Source: Alphaproteobacteria bacterium
GTDB taxonomy: Bacteria > Pseudomonadota > Alphaproteobacteria > UBA6615
Length of the DNA stretch: 58,797 bases
NCBI GenBank assembly: GCA_965261975.1
Contig: CBDHEC010000034.1
Coordinates: forward strand, 1 to 58,797
Direction: 5' to 3'
Under the pieces are notes generated by a model, which was not told where the DNA came from, ran no database searches, and saw only the letters and a list, made by a program, of their open reading frames with translations. How positions within the stretch are numbered: the first letter of the stretch is position 1; every line of letters starts with the position of its first letter. The position numbers were made by a program, and so were the translations under genes. Shown here one piece after another: positions 58,559 through 58,797 of the stretch.

Positions 58559-58797
58559 TCAGGTCGTTTGAGGCCGGGGTGTGTTGCGGGTTGTATACCG
58601 CCGGGCCTCCCACTCGCCCGCGGCCTGTTCCAGCCCGCGCAGGGTGTAGGTGACGTCGCTGCGGGCATCGTCCAGCGGCAGCAGGTCGCGCAGATCGTCG
58701 GTCGCGATCCGGCCTGCTCGTCGATGCGATCGGGCGAGGGCGCGGACCGCGTCGATGGCGGTGAGATGGGTTTCCAGCGCGGCGATACGTTCGCGCA
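58559..58797 (-). CDS. C-terminal part of a hypothetical protein (starts outside window)
   Basis: Open frame ...RERIAALETHLTAIDAVR...LEQAAGEWEARRY...QTT* with GC3-rich codons. Confidence 0.55.
   Translation of the reverse strand, partial: RERIAALETHLTAIDAVRALARSHRRAGRIATDDLRDLLPLDDARSDVTYTLRGLEQAAGEWEARRYTTRNTPRPQTT

Noticed and set aside
1-58797. CRISPR array, rRNA or IS transposase
   Set aside because: No regularly spaced repeat-spacer array, cas gene, rRNA-like segment or transposase motif seen by eye.

Overview
High-GC bacterial chromosomal window, alphaproteobacterial in gene content (three-gene pntAa/pntAb/pntB, rpsU, pyrE, apt, hspQ, ABC and TRAP transporters, many oxidoreductases and aminotransferases). 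All calls come from reading motifs by eye; no database search was run. Four things stand out. (1) 16671-25231: an eight-gene co-directional envelope cluster. It has one MotA/TolQ/ExbB channel, two proteins fusing an ExbD/TolR-like Asp-bearing TM helix to a coiled coil and a vWA (MIDAS) domain, a PEGA-repeat/non-catalytic FGE-sulfatase protein, a lipoprotein, a long helical membrane-anchored protein, a low-complexity secreted protein, and a 55-aa secreted peptide ending FPVDI that the ORF track missed. It looks like an uncharacterised ion-motive-force-driven machine. (2) 47361-52837: a ~5.4 kb island in tRNA-Pro(CGG), bounded by 46-bp direct repeats and putative integrase arm sites. It encodes a tyrosine integrase, a terminase small subunit, a compact PolA/T7-RNAP-like polymerase and two lipoproteins, so it is a candidate minimal phage satellite. 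(3) A TPP riboswitch upstream of a Liv-type ABC transporter operon. (4) Twin perfect palindromic operators around the promoter of a 2OG-Fe(II) oxygenase/TetR pair. Several single-base frameshifts between 27.8 and 39.4 kb may be sequencing errors.
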